Shown piece after piece: positions 8,504 to 17,851 of a stretch of DNA of 64,000 nt. A program made the translations under genes and the position numbers. The DNA lies in the NCBI GenBank assembly GCA_963692865.2, contig OY843592.1:2688001-2752000 (forward strand), given 5' to 3'. The stretch's first letter is position 1. Every line of letters begins with the position of its first letter. The notes beneath the pieces are model-generated. The model worked only from the letters and a program-made list of their open reading frames with translations, was not told where the DNA came from and made no database searches. This DNA is from a bacterium (GTDB lineage Bacteria; UBA8248).

Positions 8504-9334
8504 CTAAAGCGGCTCTGCCAGCGAATAGCGTCCATCGGCGCAGGCGACTTCGCCGGATTCCACGAATCTCGCCAGATGCAGTTCTATCACCCGTGCGCCG
8601 AGCTCTCTCTGGCGCTCGGGTAAATCATGATAGATGAGATCCGCTATCTTGGCGGGCGTATCGTGCCCTTCCCCAAGTGCTTCGAGATATTGCGCATCGC
8701 GCTTCTTGCGGTGCTCGATGAGTTCGTCGATTCTTCCGATGGGATCCTCGATGATCGGGCCGTGGCCGGGATAGATGAGGCGAGGCGCGAGCTTCTTCAC
8801 CTTCTCCAGCGATTCGAGGTAGTCGCCCAGATTCCCCTTGGGCGCAGTCACCGCCGTCGTCGAGGGGAGAAGAACGTTGTCGCCTCCCAGAAGAATCCTC
8901 TCCTCCTTCCACCAGAAAGAAAGGTGTCCGGGCGAATGGCCCGGCGTGAGAATGGCTTCCAGGCGCATTTCTCCTGACTCGACGAATTCTCCCTCCCTGA
9001 TCGGCAAGACCTGCAGATCCGGCTGCTCTTCCTCCAGATAACCCATTTCAAGCGGGTGAGCATAGACCGGAACATTGAAGCGCTCGCAAACCGCCCCGGC
9101 GCCCCCCGAGTGGTCGAAGTGGTGGTGTGTCAGGACGAGTCTGTCCAACCCATCCCCGGCGCGCGCCTCCACCCAGGAGAGCATCTCGGGAATGCACTCG
9201 CGGTAGCCCGTGTCGAAGAGGATGAAAGGCCCATCCCCGACGAGGATCACCTCCACGTGTTCCATGAACGAACCCCGGGGAGCTTCCAACTGCTGACTCT
9301 GGATGAGGGACGAACCGGTAAATTTTGCGTTCAA
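8504..9334 (-). CDS. MBL-fold metallo-hydrolase (LACTB2-like with C-terminal winged helix)
   Basis: THHHFDHSGG, TPGHSPGH, GD, PGHGP, HR..RD; start uncertain (TTG 9334 or a later ATG). Confidence 0.9.
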   Translation of the reverse strand: MNAKFTGSSLIQSQQLEAPRGSFMEHVEVILVGDGPFILFDTGYRECIPEMLSWVEARAGDGLDRLVLTHHHFDHSGGAGAVCERFNVPVYAHPLEMGYLEEEQPDLQVLPIREGEFVESGEMRLEAILTPGHSPGHLSFWWKEERILLGGDNVLLPSTTAVTAPKGNLGDYLESLEKVKKLAPRLIYPGHGPIIEDPIGRIDELIEHRKKRDAQYLEALGEGHDTPAKIADLIYHDLPERQRELGARVIELHLARFVESGEVACADGRYSLAEPL

Positions 9335-9521
9335 GAAGAATCCTCGCTTGGAATTTCGTCCGACCGGGGAAACCCGCGCCATGCCGCCGACTCGATGAAT
9401 CGCCGGAGTTTTCATTCGCTCGCTCGTTTCAAGGAAGATGTTTCTCTTTCAACATCTCTCCGGAGGTGAAAAGCGAGAAAAATCATCGGCCCTGGATTTT
9501 CGCCGGCCGGAAAAGACGGCA

Positions 9522-9549
9522 TTGACAGATATCGAAAATCTGTTATCTT
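9522..9549 (+). promoter_or_regulatory. sigma70 promoter with overlapping palindromic operator
   Basis: TTGACA-N16-TATCTT with extended TG; ACAGAT-N7-ATCTGT at 9525-9543. Confidence 0.6.
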
Positions 9550-9706
9550 CACTACCACAAAAATCCGCAGACAGTAAAGAAAACAACTTATTATTGCGCC
9601 ATTTTCTCTCATCTGCGGGTTTTTGTGATGAAAACGAAATGTGGGAGCCTTTTTATTTAACCGGGGATTCGTTCCCCACTCTATTCCAGCAATGAGGAGA
9701 TTCTCG

Positions 9707-10813
9707 ATGAAACCCCGTATCCGTTACTTCGTCGCCGCCGTCGCGGCTCTGGCCGTCTTTGCATCGGGCGCGCTCGTGTCCGAAGCGATGATGAAAAACC
9801 AGAAAGAACTCGTGCGCGCGGCGAAAAAAGAGGGCGCCGTCACCATCATCAACCCTCTGTTCAGCGACCGCACGGCCAAGCGCATGGGCCCGGCCTTCGC
9901 CAAGCACTACGGCCTCGGCGACGGCTTCAAGTTCCGTAACCTGCGTAAAGGCACCGGCGCCACCGTCTCCCAGGTACGCCAGGAGATGCGGGCCAACAAG
10001 TTCACCGTCGACGTTCACGTGGTGAGCGCACCCGGCTTCTTCGCCGCGGCCCAGAAACGCGGCGCGTACCACAAGCTCGACAGCGCCGAGTGGAACAAGC
10101 ACTTCGCGGCGGTTATCAAGAAGGCAGGCCAGTACGCGAACTACCCCTACGTCGTGACGCCTCTGGCCTATACCTTCCAGCCGGTATGGAACACCGCCTG
10201 CAAGGGCATGAAAGATCTCAATGTAACTCAGTATTCCGACACCATCTCCAAAAAAGTGATGGGCCAGACCATCGCAGGCGACATCACCAAGAGCTTCACC
10301 TACACAAACACCGTCATCTCGCTCATCGAGAACGGCATGGACATGAACAAGTACTGGGACGACCTGAAAGCCACGAAGCCCGTCGTCATGTTCCGCACCG
10401 AGCCGAAGATGCAGGTGCTCATCAACTGCGAGCGCGGCCTCGACCCCTGGAACATTACGGGCCGCGTTTATCAGAACGTCCTCAAGAAGCCCGACCTCGC
10501 TAAAGTACTCAGGACCGGATACTACAAAGAAGGCCAGGTCATGCTGGGCAACCAGGCGGCTGTCTTGAATGGCGCGCCGAATCCCAGCGCCGGCAAACTG
10601 CTGGTGGAATTCCTGCTCACCAAGGAAGGCACCGACGTATACGTGGAAGGCGAGGCCGTCTACAGCTTCCGCGCGGGTTACAAGCCGCCCAAGGTCGTGG
10701 CTCCCTATCTTCTCGACCTCAGCAAGCACAAGCTGCTGGGTCTCAAGGACTGGGTAGGCGCGCAGAAGAAGTTCAAGGCGACGCGCGCCGAATTCATCAA
10801 ACGCTTCAAGTAG
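9707..10813 (+). CDS. ABC transporter substrate-binding protein (Fe3+/thiamine/polyamine, AfuA-like class)
   Basis: Signal peptide, AAKKEG.V, APNP.A.KL.VEFLL.KEG; GAGGAG RBS; precedes permease and ATPases. Confidence 0.88.
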   Translation: MKPRIRYFVAAVAALAVFASGALVSEAMMKNQKELVRAAKKEGAVTIINPLFSDRTAKRMGPAFAKHYGLGDGFKFRNLRKGTGATVSQVRQEMRANKFTVDVHVVSAPGFFAAAQKRGAYHKLDSAEWNKHFAAVIKKAGQYANYPYVVTPLAYTFQPVWNTACKGMKDLNVTQYSDTISKKVMGQTIAGDITKSFTYTNTVISLIENGMDMNKYWDDLKATKPVVMFRTEPKMQVLINCERGLDPWNITGRVYQNVLKKPDLAKVLRTGYYKEGQVMLGNQAAVLNGAPNPSAGKLLVEFLLTKEGTDVYVEGEAVYSFRAGYKPPKVVAPYLLDLSKHKLLGLKDWVGAQKKFKATRAEFIKRFK

Positions 10814-10839
10814 GACGCTTATTGATAGTCGCTCGGAAC

Positions 10840-10874
10840 GGGTGGGAGCCCACATTGGGCTCCCACCCTTCTTG
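10840..10874 (+). terminator. strong hairpin after the SBP gene (terminator/mRNA stabiliser)
   Basis: GGGTGGGAGCCC-ACATT-GGGCTCCCACCC followed by TTCTT. Confidence 0.75.
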
Positions 10875-11121
10875 CATGAAATATGTAAATCCGAGGCGCG
10901 CCATACCGCGAAGGTTCAGCCGGGGGTCGCCATTCAGATGTAAGGACAGCAGAGCCTTCGCGATGTAGTGCGAATCGAGCGTTTTTCATAAACCGGACTC
11001 CCCGCGAAACAGCGCGAAGTTTCGCGGGGCGTGTTGCTTTTGGAATCAGCGTTTTTTATAGTCTTATCCTCGTATTCCCGGACAAACTCGCGTTCGCAGG
11101 AAAGGTTGCAACGACAAGACT

Positions 11122-12870
11122 ATGGCCACGGACACCACAGTACCCCAAATCGACGTCGCTCCCCCGCGCGGCTGGCGAACATGGTTCACGCAGGAGAACC
11201 TCATCACGACCGTCGTCGGCATCATCGTGGCGGTGGCGGTCATCGTGCCCCTGGTCGCGCTCGTCATCAACAGCTTCCTGGTGCTCGACGACCTGGGATT
11301 CGACACCGAGTGGGGATTCCAGAACTACAGGGATATTTTCCAGGGCCGCGTCATCCGAAAAGCCCTCATCAATACCGCCATCATCAGCACGGGCTGCACC
11401 ATCCTGGCCACGCTGCTGGGCGTATCGCTCGCTTGGATCAACGCGAGAACCAACTGCCCGTTCAGGGAGAAGCTCGAGCCCTTCAATCTCATCCCCTTCT
11501 TCCTGAGCCCCTTCGTCGGCGCCATCGCCTGGCACAACCTGGCCTCCCCGAAAGTCGGCCTGTTGAACAACATGGCGAAAAGCTTTTTCGGCATCTCTTT
11601 TCCATTGTTCAACGTCAACAACTTGTGGGGCGTTATCTGGGTGACGGGTATCTTTTTCGCTCCGCTCGTCTACCTGTTCGTGGTGGGATCGCTCAGGCGC
11701 ATGGACCCCTCTCTCGAGGACAGCGCGCGAACGACAGGAGCGGGGCTCTTGCGAACCACATTTACCATCACACTACCTCTCGTGACGCCGGCAATTCTCT
11801 CGGGCGCCATCATCGTGTTCGTGACGACGGCAGGGGAGTTCGGGGTTCCCTTCAAGCTCTCCGCCCCCTTCGGGTGGGAAACACTGACAACGCAGATTTT
11901 CACCAAGGCTGTGGGCGATGACGCGAACCACTATCTGGGCGCCGCCATGAGCATGGTGGTGGGCGTGGTGACTGCGTTTTTCATATGGATTCAGCACAGA
12001 ATCATCGCGCCTCGTTCGTACACGACTGTTACAGGCAAGGGTTTCAGGCCGAATCTCATCGACCTGGGCGCATGGAAGTGGCTCGCTTTCGCCTACAATA
12101 TCTTCTATGTCTTCGTCGCCGTGGTTCTTCCCATTATCTGCCTTTTCTTCGTGAGCCTCCACAAAATCTGGTCGGGGCGGATCATCTGGGAGGAACTCAC
12201 TTTCTGGAACTACCAGAAGGTGCTCTTCTTCTGGTGGCCCGAGAGCATCGACGCGGCCACCAACGGCATCATCAACAGCTTTATTCTTGCGTTCGGCGGC
12301 GCTTCCATCGCCATGGTGGTGGCCATCATCGTTAGCTACATGATCCACCGCACCAAGGGCTTCGGCGCGCGGATGCTCGATTTCCTGAGCGTGATCCCCA
12401 TAGGCTTCCCCGGCATCGTGCTGGCGATGGGCGTTCTCGTCACCTACATCAAGACGCCCATATACGCCACGCTCTGGATTCTGCTGCTCGGCTACATCAC
12501 GAGGTTTTTCCCCTACGGGCAGCGGAACATCTCCTCCATCATGATGGCCGTATCCGAGGAACTCGACCAGAGTTCGCGCATGGCGGGGGCTTCATGGCTC
12601 ACCACGCTCCGGAGAATCACCATTCCGCTCTTGAAGCCGGGCATCTTCGCCGGGTGGATTCTGTTGTTCGTCATTTTCCTGAGGGAACTCTCCATCTCCA
12701 TCATACTCTACTCCGCCGGAACGGAGACGCTCTCCGTCGGCGTGTATTACCTCTCGAACTTCGAGAACGAACCCATGACGTCGGCCCTTTCCATCGCACA
12801 GACGGTCGCGCTCCTGATCTGCGTCGTCCTCTTCAGGAAAGTCGCCGGCAAAGAGGCGCTGACCGCGTAG
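11122..12870 (+). CDS. ABC transporter permease, fused two-domain FbpB type
   Basis: About 12 TM segments; two EAA loops (LEDSARTTGA, LDQSSRMAGA). Confidence 0.92.
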   Translation: MATDTTVPQIDVAPPRGWRTWFTQENLITTVVGIIVAVAVIVPLVALVINSFLVLDDLGFDTEWGFQNYRDIFQGRVIRKALINTAIISTGCTILATLLGVSLAWINARTNCPFREKLEPFNLIPFFLSPFVGAIAWHNLASPKVGLLNNMAKSFFGISFPLFNVNNLWGVIWVTGIFFAPLVYLFVVGSLRRMDPSLEDSARTTGAGLLRTTFTITLPLVTPAILSGAIIVFVTTAGEFGVPFKLSAPFGWETLTTQIFTKAVGDDANHYLGAAMSMVVGVVTAFFIWIQHRIIAPRSYTTVTGKGFRPNLIDLGAWKWLAFAYNIFYVFVAVVLPIICLFFVSLHKIWSGRIIWEELTFWNYQKVLFFWWPESIDAATNGIINSFILAFGGASIAMVVAIIVSYMIHRTKGFGARMLDFLSVIPIGFPGIVLAMGVLVTYIKTPIYATLWILLLGYITRFFPYGQRNISSIMMAVSEELDQSSRMAGASWLTTLRRITIPLLKPGIFAGWILLFVIFLRELSISIILYSAGTETLSVGVYYLSNFENEPMTSALSIAQTVALLICVVLFRKVAGKEALTA

Positions 12871-12874
12871 AACG

Positions 12875-13972
12875 ATGAGCGAAAACAACTATCTCCAGGT
12901 CGATCATCTCGTAAAATACTTCGGCGACGACCGCGCCGTGGACGGTATTTCCTTCGGCATTCCGGAGGGGAAATTCCTCACCCTGCTCGGCCCGTCCGGC
13001 TGCGGAAAGACCACGACGCTCATGTGCATCGCGGGTCTCCACAAACCCGACGCGGGCGAGATACGCATCGGCTCGGACCCGGTCACCTCGGTAGAAAAGC
13101 GCATCAACACCGCGCCCGAGAAGCGCAACATCGGCATGGTGTTCCAGAGCTACGCCATCTGGCCGCACATGGACGTGACGCAGAACGTGGCCTACCCGCT
13201 CGAGATACGCAACATGGCGCAATCCGAGATCGACGATCGCGTCGCCGAAGCGCTCAAAATCGTCGGCCTCACCGATATGGCGGACAAGAACGCCACGCAG
13301 CTCTCGGGCGGCCAGCAGCAAAGGGCGGCCCTCGCGCGCGCGATGGTCTTTCGTCCGCGCCTGTTGCTGTTCGACGAGCCGCTCAGCAACCTGGACCTGA
13401 AACTCAGGGAACAGATGCGCATTGAACTCAAGCGGATTCAGCACGAAATCGGCATCACCTCGATCTACGTGACGCACGACCAGGCGGAAGCCCTCGTGAT
13501 GAGCGATGAGATTATCGTGATGAGCAAGGGGCACATCGAGCAAACGGGCGGCCCCCATTCCATCTACGCGCGCCCCGTCAACAAGTTCGTGAGTAATTTC
13601 ATCGGCGTGGCGAACCTGACCGAGGGCCGCATCGTCGGAAACGGCGGGGGGGGATCGGGAACCATCGAGATATCCCAGGGCGGCGAGAGCGTCCAACTGC
13701 CCTGCCTGCTCGCCGGCGGCCTCGCAGAGGGCGACGACGCCTACCTCTCCGTCCGGCCCGAGAACGTGGACGCATCGCGCGAACCGAAGGACGGCCCCCG
13801 GATAGAGGGCGAGGTCATCCAGTCCGTCTTTCTGGGCAACTGCCTCGATTGCCGGGTGAAGTGGGGCGAATTCGAATGGAAGGTGCTTGCGCATTCGAGA
13901 GAACGCCTGCGCGTGGGCGAGAAGGTGTACGTGCGCCTTGACCCGGATCATACCCTGGCCGTCAGACCCTAG
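12875..13972 (+). CDS. ABC transporter ATP-binding protein (PotA/FbpC type, TOBE)
   Basis: GPSGCGKTT, LSGGQQQR, DEPLSNLD, YVTHDQ. Confidence 0.95.
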   Translation: MSENNYLQVDHLVKYFGDDRAVDGISFGIPEGKFLTLLGPSGCGKTTTLMCIAGLHKPDAGEIRIGSDPVTSVEKRINTAPEKRNIGMVFQSYAIWPHMDVTQNVAYPLEIRNMAQSEIDDRVAEALKIVGLTDMADKNATQLSGGQQQRAALARAMVFRPRLLLFDEPLSNLDLKLREQMRIELKRIQHEIGITSIYVTHDQAEALVMSDEIIVMSKGHIEQTGGPHSIYARPVNKFVSNFIGVANLTEGRIVGNGGGGSGTIEISQGGESVQLPCLLAGGLAEGDDAYLSVRPENVDASREPKDGPRIEGEVIQSVFLGNCLDCRVKWGEFEWKVLAHSRERLRVGEKVYVRLDPDHTLAVRP

Positions 13973-13984
13973 AGGATAGATAGC

Positions 13985-15082
13985 GTGTCATTCGTCGAAA
14001 TCACGAAGCTGGTGAAGTCATTCGGGCCCGAAGTGGCCGTGGCGGGAATCGACTTGTCCGTCGAACAGGGCGAGTTCGTCACCCTGCTGGGACCTTCGGG
14101 CTGCGGAAAGACCACGACGCTCCGGTGCATCGCGGGCCTCGAACACCCAGACAGCGGCGACATTCAAATCGAGGGGGACTACGTCACCTCCGTGTCGAAC
14201 GAAGTTTTCCTGACGCCCGAGGAGAGAAACCTCGGCATGGTGTTCCAGAGCTACGCCGTCTGGCCGCACATGACGGTCTTCGACAACGTGGCTTACGGCC
14301 TGAGGATCCGCCGCGAAACCAGGGCCGCCATCAAGGAGAAAACGACAAAGGCGCTCGACCTCGTGGGTCTCGGCCACCTCGCCGAGCGCTACGCCACCAA
14401 GCTCTCCGGCGGGCAGCGCCAGCGCGTCGCCCTCGCCCGCGCCATCGTCTACAACCCCAAGGTGGTGCTGTTCGACGAGCCGCTGAGCAACCTCGACGCC
14501 AAACTCCGCGAGCAGATGCGCATCGAACTCACGCGGCTGCAGCACGACGTGGGCATCACCTCGATATACGTCACGCACGACCAGACGGAGGCGCTCGTCA
14601 TGAGCGACAGGGTCGTGGTGATGGACAAGGGCGTGATTCAGCAAATCGGCGACCCCGAGGCCATCTACGCTGAGCCCACGAACGCCTTCGTGGCGAATTT
14701 CATCGGCGTGGCGAACCTTTTGGAAGGAAAACTGCTCGGCCACGACGGGGAACTGACGGACCTGGAAATTCCCTTGGGCGACGGGAATGCCCCCGTTCGT
14801 CTCAAGGCCACCGGCGCGGAAGGCGCCTCGGTTGGCGCAAGGATCATTCTGAGCATCCGCCCCGAGGACATCCTGTTGCACCTTGAAAAACCGGCCGATG
14901 CGATGAACCTCATCGAAGGCGAGGTGATCGACACCGTATATCTGGGCAACTTCCTCGACTGCCAGGTCCGGGTCGGCCCGCACGAGGTGGGCGTGCAAAT
15001 CGACCACTTCGAGGAACTCGAAACCGGCCAGAAGGTGTATCTCTCCTTCACACCCGATCACGGCCTTTGCCTGACCGAATAG
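13985..15082 (+). CDS. second ABC transporter ATP-binding protein (paralogue)
   Basis: GPSGCGKTT, LSGGQRQR, DEPLSNLD; closely similar to the upstream ATPase. Confidence 0.95.
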   Translation: MSFVEITKLVKSFGPEVAVAGIDLSVEQGEFVTLLGPSGCGKTTTLRCIAGLEHPDSGDIQIEGDYVTSVSNEVFLTPEERNLGMVFQSYAVWPHMTVFDNVAYGLRIRRETRAAIKEKTTKALDLVGLGHLAERYATKLSGGQRQRVALARAIVYNPKVVLFDEPLSNLDAKLREQMRIELTRLQHDVGITSIYVTHDQTEALVMSDRVVVMDKGVIQQIGDPEAIYAEPTNAFVANFIGVANLLEGKLLGHDGELTDLEIPLGDGNAPVRLKATGAEGASVGARIILSIRPEDILLHLEKPADAMNLIEGEVIDTVYLGNFLDCQVRVGPHEVGVQIDHFEELETGQKVYLSFTPDHGLCLTE

Positions 15083-15086
15083 GCCC

Positions 15087-16133
15087 ATGCCCCCCCGCTC
15101 CCAAGCAATCCCCAAACTTCTGGCGGGAGGGGACATCGCCATCAACCGCGCGGAGGAGAAAGGCGCTTTCGGAAGACTGATTCCCCTCCTCAGAGAAGCG
15201 GACGTCTCCTTCGCCAATCTGGAACTGCCTCTATCCCGCGGCGGAAAACCCGCGCCCGAGAAAATCCTGCTGCGCGGCGCGCCGGACATGGCCCGCGCTC
15301 TCACCGAAGCCGGCTTCGACGTCATGGCCTTTGCGAACAACCATGTGCTCGACTATGGAGAAAACGCCTTTGCGGAAACCATATCGCTCATGGATTCCCT
15401 GGGCGTTGCGCTCGTGGGCGGCGGAATGAACCTCACGCAGGCGAGAAAACCGGTTCTCATCAAGCGCGGAGGTCTCAAGATAGGCTTTCTGGCGTATTGC
15501 TCCGTCATCCCGAGGGGTTTCGAGGCATCGGCCACGGAGCCGGGCGTGAACCCCGTACGCGCCCACACGGCCTACCGTCCCTGGCGCGACCTCTCGGAAT
15601 ACCCCGGCACCCCGCCGCGAATCGACACCTGGGCGGAACCCGCCCATCTCGCGCGCATGAAGCGCGACATCAGGAGTTTGAGGAAAAAAGCGGACCTGGT
15701 CGTCGTGAACCACCACTGGGGCACGAGCATGACGCACGAGGTGATGGCTTTCGAGCGCGAAATCGCGCACGCGAGCGTCGACGCGGGCGCCGACCTCGTC
15801 TTGGGAGGACATCCGCACGTTCTACAGGCGATTGAGTTCCACAAGGGCGCGCCCATCGTCTACAGCATGGGAAACCTGATATTCGATTTCGAGATTCCAT
15901 TCTTCACGGATGAGACTCACGACACCTTCCTCTTCGGCTGCGCCCTGACGAAAAAGGGAGTGCGGGAACCCTACCTCATTCCCGTAACGGCCGGCGTGTT
16001 CTCAAAGCCTAGGCTCCATTCTCCCAAACGGGGCGAGGGCCGCAGAATCGTAGAGGTCATGAACGCGCTGAACGAGCCTTTCGGGACGAAGCTGGAAGTC
16101 CAGGACGAGCGGGTTTTGATATCCGCCCCGTGA
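15087..16133 (+). CDS. CapA/PgsA-family metallophosphoesterase-fold protein
   Basis: GD, ANLE, ANNHVLDYG, HWG, GGHPHVLQ, YSMGN. Confidence 0.92.
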   Translation: MPPRSQAIPKLLAGGDIAINRAEEKGAFGRLIPLLREADVSFANLELPLSRGGKPAPEKILLRGAPDMARALTEAGFDVMAFANNHVLDYGENAFAETISLMDSLGVALVGGGMNLTQARKPVLIKRGGLKIGFLAYCSVIPRGFEASATEPGVNPVRAHTAYRPWRDLSEYPGTPPRIDTWAEPAHLARMKRDIRSLRKKADLVVVNHHWGTSMTHEVMAFEREIAHASVDAGADLVLGGHPHVLQAIEFHKGAPIVYSMGNLIFDFEIPFFTDETHDTFLFGCALTKKGVREPYLIPVTAGVFSKPRLHSPKRGEGRRIVEVMNALNEPFGTKLEVQDERVLISAP

Positions 16134-16221
16134 GGAGCCATCCTTACATAGCCACGCATTGCCCTCTTCGAACGCAAAACGGCTACTAAATCCGGGTGGA
16201 ATCCAGCTTTTCGGGATTCCT

Positions 16222-16587
16222 CTAACTCAACACCCCGTCCGCATCGCGAACCGGCCCCTTGATGATGATGGCCTGCATTTTCTCGCCCACGGCTGCGGTC
16301 TTGTGCTCCATCCCCGCCGGGATGAACGCCACCGCGCCCGGATAGAGGTCGATTTTCTCGCCGTGCGTCTCCGTATAGCCCTGGCCGCTCAGCACCCAGA
16401 TGACTTCCTCCTGTCCGGGGTGCGCGTGCGGCTCATGCGGGGTCGCCGGGTCGTACTCGGTGAGTCCCACGCGCACGTGTTCGGAGCCGTTGGCGGTCGG
16501 GCTGACCAGAATTTTCGTCTGCCCCCAATCCACGGGCTTGAAGTCGGCTTTCCCAACGTCCACCACTGATTTTTCCGGCATTTTCAT
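16222..16587 (-). CDS. cupin domain protein
   Basis: HxHxxxEE...LSG.G and IPAGMEH metal motifs. Confidence 0.88.
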   Translation of the reverse strand: MKMPEKSVVDVGKADFKPVDWGQTKILVSPTANGSEHVRVGLTEYDPATPHEPHAHPGQEEVIWVLSGQGYTETHGEKIDLYPGAVAFIPAGMEHKTAAVGEKMQAIIIKGPVRDADGVLS

Positions 16588-16625
16588 CTCCTATATTCTA
16601 CTTGAATAATTCCGCTTAACTATTT

Positions 16626-17681
16626 CTATTTTAACCTGTTTCTTACGGCGTCGCCGCATTCTTTCGTGTTCAGACGGCCCCCGATGTCCGTCGTGCGCTC
16701 CCCATGCGCGATGGCTTCTTCCACAGCGCGTCGGATGGAGGCTCCACCCTCCGCGCAGCCAAGGTGATCCAGCAAAAGAGCGCCCGTCAAAATGGCCGCC
16801 ATGGGGTTGGCGACCCCGCGGCCGTAGATGTCGGGCGCCGTGCCGTGCACCGGCTCGAACATCGAGACGCCCTCCAAATTCACGTTCGCGGAAGGCGCAA
16901 GGCCCAGCCCGCCCACGAGGCCCGAGGTGACGTCGCTCAGGATGTCGCCGAACATGTTGTTGGTGACGATGACGTCGAATTCCGCCGGGTGCTGGATCAC
17001 CTCCATCGCCACGGCGTCGATGTGCTTGGCCTCGGATTCTACATCCTCAAAATCCGCCCGCACCTCATCGAAAACGCGCCGCCAGATTCCTCCCGCGTAG
17101 CGAAGCCCGCTCGCCTTGTCCGCCATCGTTACTTTTCGGCGTTTATGACGCCTCGCGAACTCGAACGACGCCCGGATGACGCGCTCCACGCCCTTGTAGG
17201 TGTGCACTTCTTCCTGCAGGGCGACCTCGTCTTTCGTTCCCCGCTTGAAAAACCCGCCCACGTTCACGAACAGGCCCTCGGTGTTCTCGCGCACGACGAC
17301 GTGGTCGATGTCGCCCGCGCCCATGTTCTTGAGCGGCGTCAGATCCTCATGGTAGAGCCGGCAGGGGCGGATATTCGCGTACAGGTCGAGCCCGAAGCGG
17401 ACCCCGAGAATCACCTGTTCCTGTACGATTGAGCCGGGAACTCTCGGGTCACCGACGGCCCCTTGAAACACGGCGTCGAAGCCCGCCCGAAGCGCATCAC
17501 AGCCGTCTTCGGGCATCCCCCTGCCCTGTTCCAGATATCTATCGCTTCCCCAGTCGAAGTATTCGAACTCCACCGGAAACGAGGCCGCCCCGGCCGCCGC
17601 CTTGAGCGTCTCCTCCGCCTCGGGCATCACCTCGTTCGCGATTCCGTCTCCGCGCACCACCGCTATGCGAGCCACTCTCAT
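16626..17681 (-). CDS. isocitrate/isopropylmalate/tartrate dehydrogenase family decarboxylating dehydrogenase
   Basis: GDGI..EV, GAVGDP, VRENTEG, NMFGDILSD, FEPVHGTAPDI. Confidence 0.92.
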   Translation of the reverse strand: MRVARIAVVRGDGIANEVMPEAEETLKAAAGAASFPVEFEYFDWGSDRYLEQGRGMPEDGCDALRAGFDAVFQGAVGDPRVPGSIVQEQVILGVRFGLDLYANIRPCRLYHEDLTPLKNMGAGDIDHVVVRENTEGLFVNVGGFFKRGTKDEVALQEEVHTYKGVERVIRASFEFARRHKRRKVTMADKASGLRYAGGIWRRVFDEVRADFEDVESEAKHIDAVAMEVIQHPAEFDVIVTNNMFGDILSDVTSGLVGGLGLAPSANVNLEGVSMFEPVHGTAPDIYGRGVANPMAAILTGALLLDHLGCAEGGASIRRAVEEAIAHGERTTDIGGRLNTKECGDAVRNRLK

Positions 17682-17851
17682 CTCTCCCCAGTTCCAGAGC
17701 GCATTTCCCGAAAAGAAGCGCATTTTGACAAAAGGCGAGCGCAACCCGCAAGGCGAAGCGCTGCCCTGCAAGACTTCCCGAAAAACGCAAAGACGGGCTA
17801 ATATGGCGCGGCATTCAAGGCGTCATCGTCGGTCAATATATTTTCGAGGAG

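Noticed and set aside
10930-10955. SRP RNA-like TCAG...AGCAG
   Set aside because: Lacks the conserved CAGG-CC-GNRA-GG-AGCA helix
15087-16133. Poly-gamma-glutamate capsule locus
   Set aside because: No capB/capC nearby and the CapA protein has no membrane anchor
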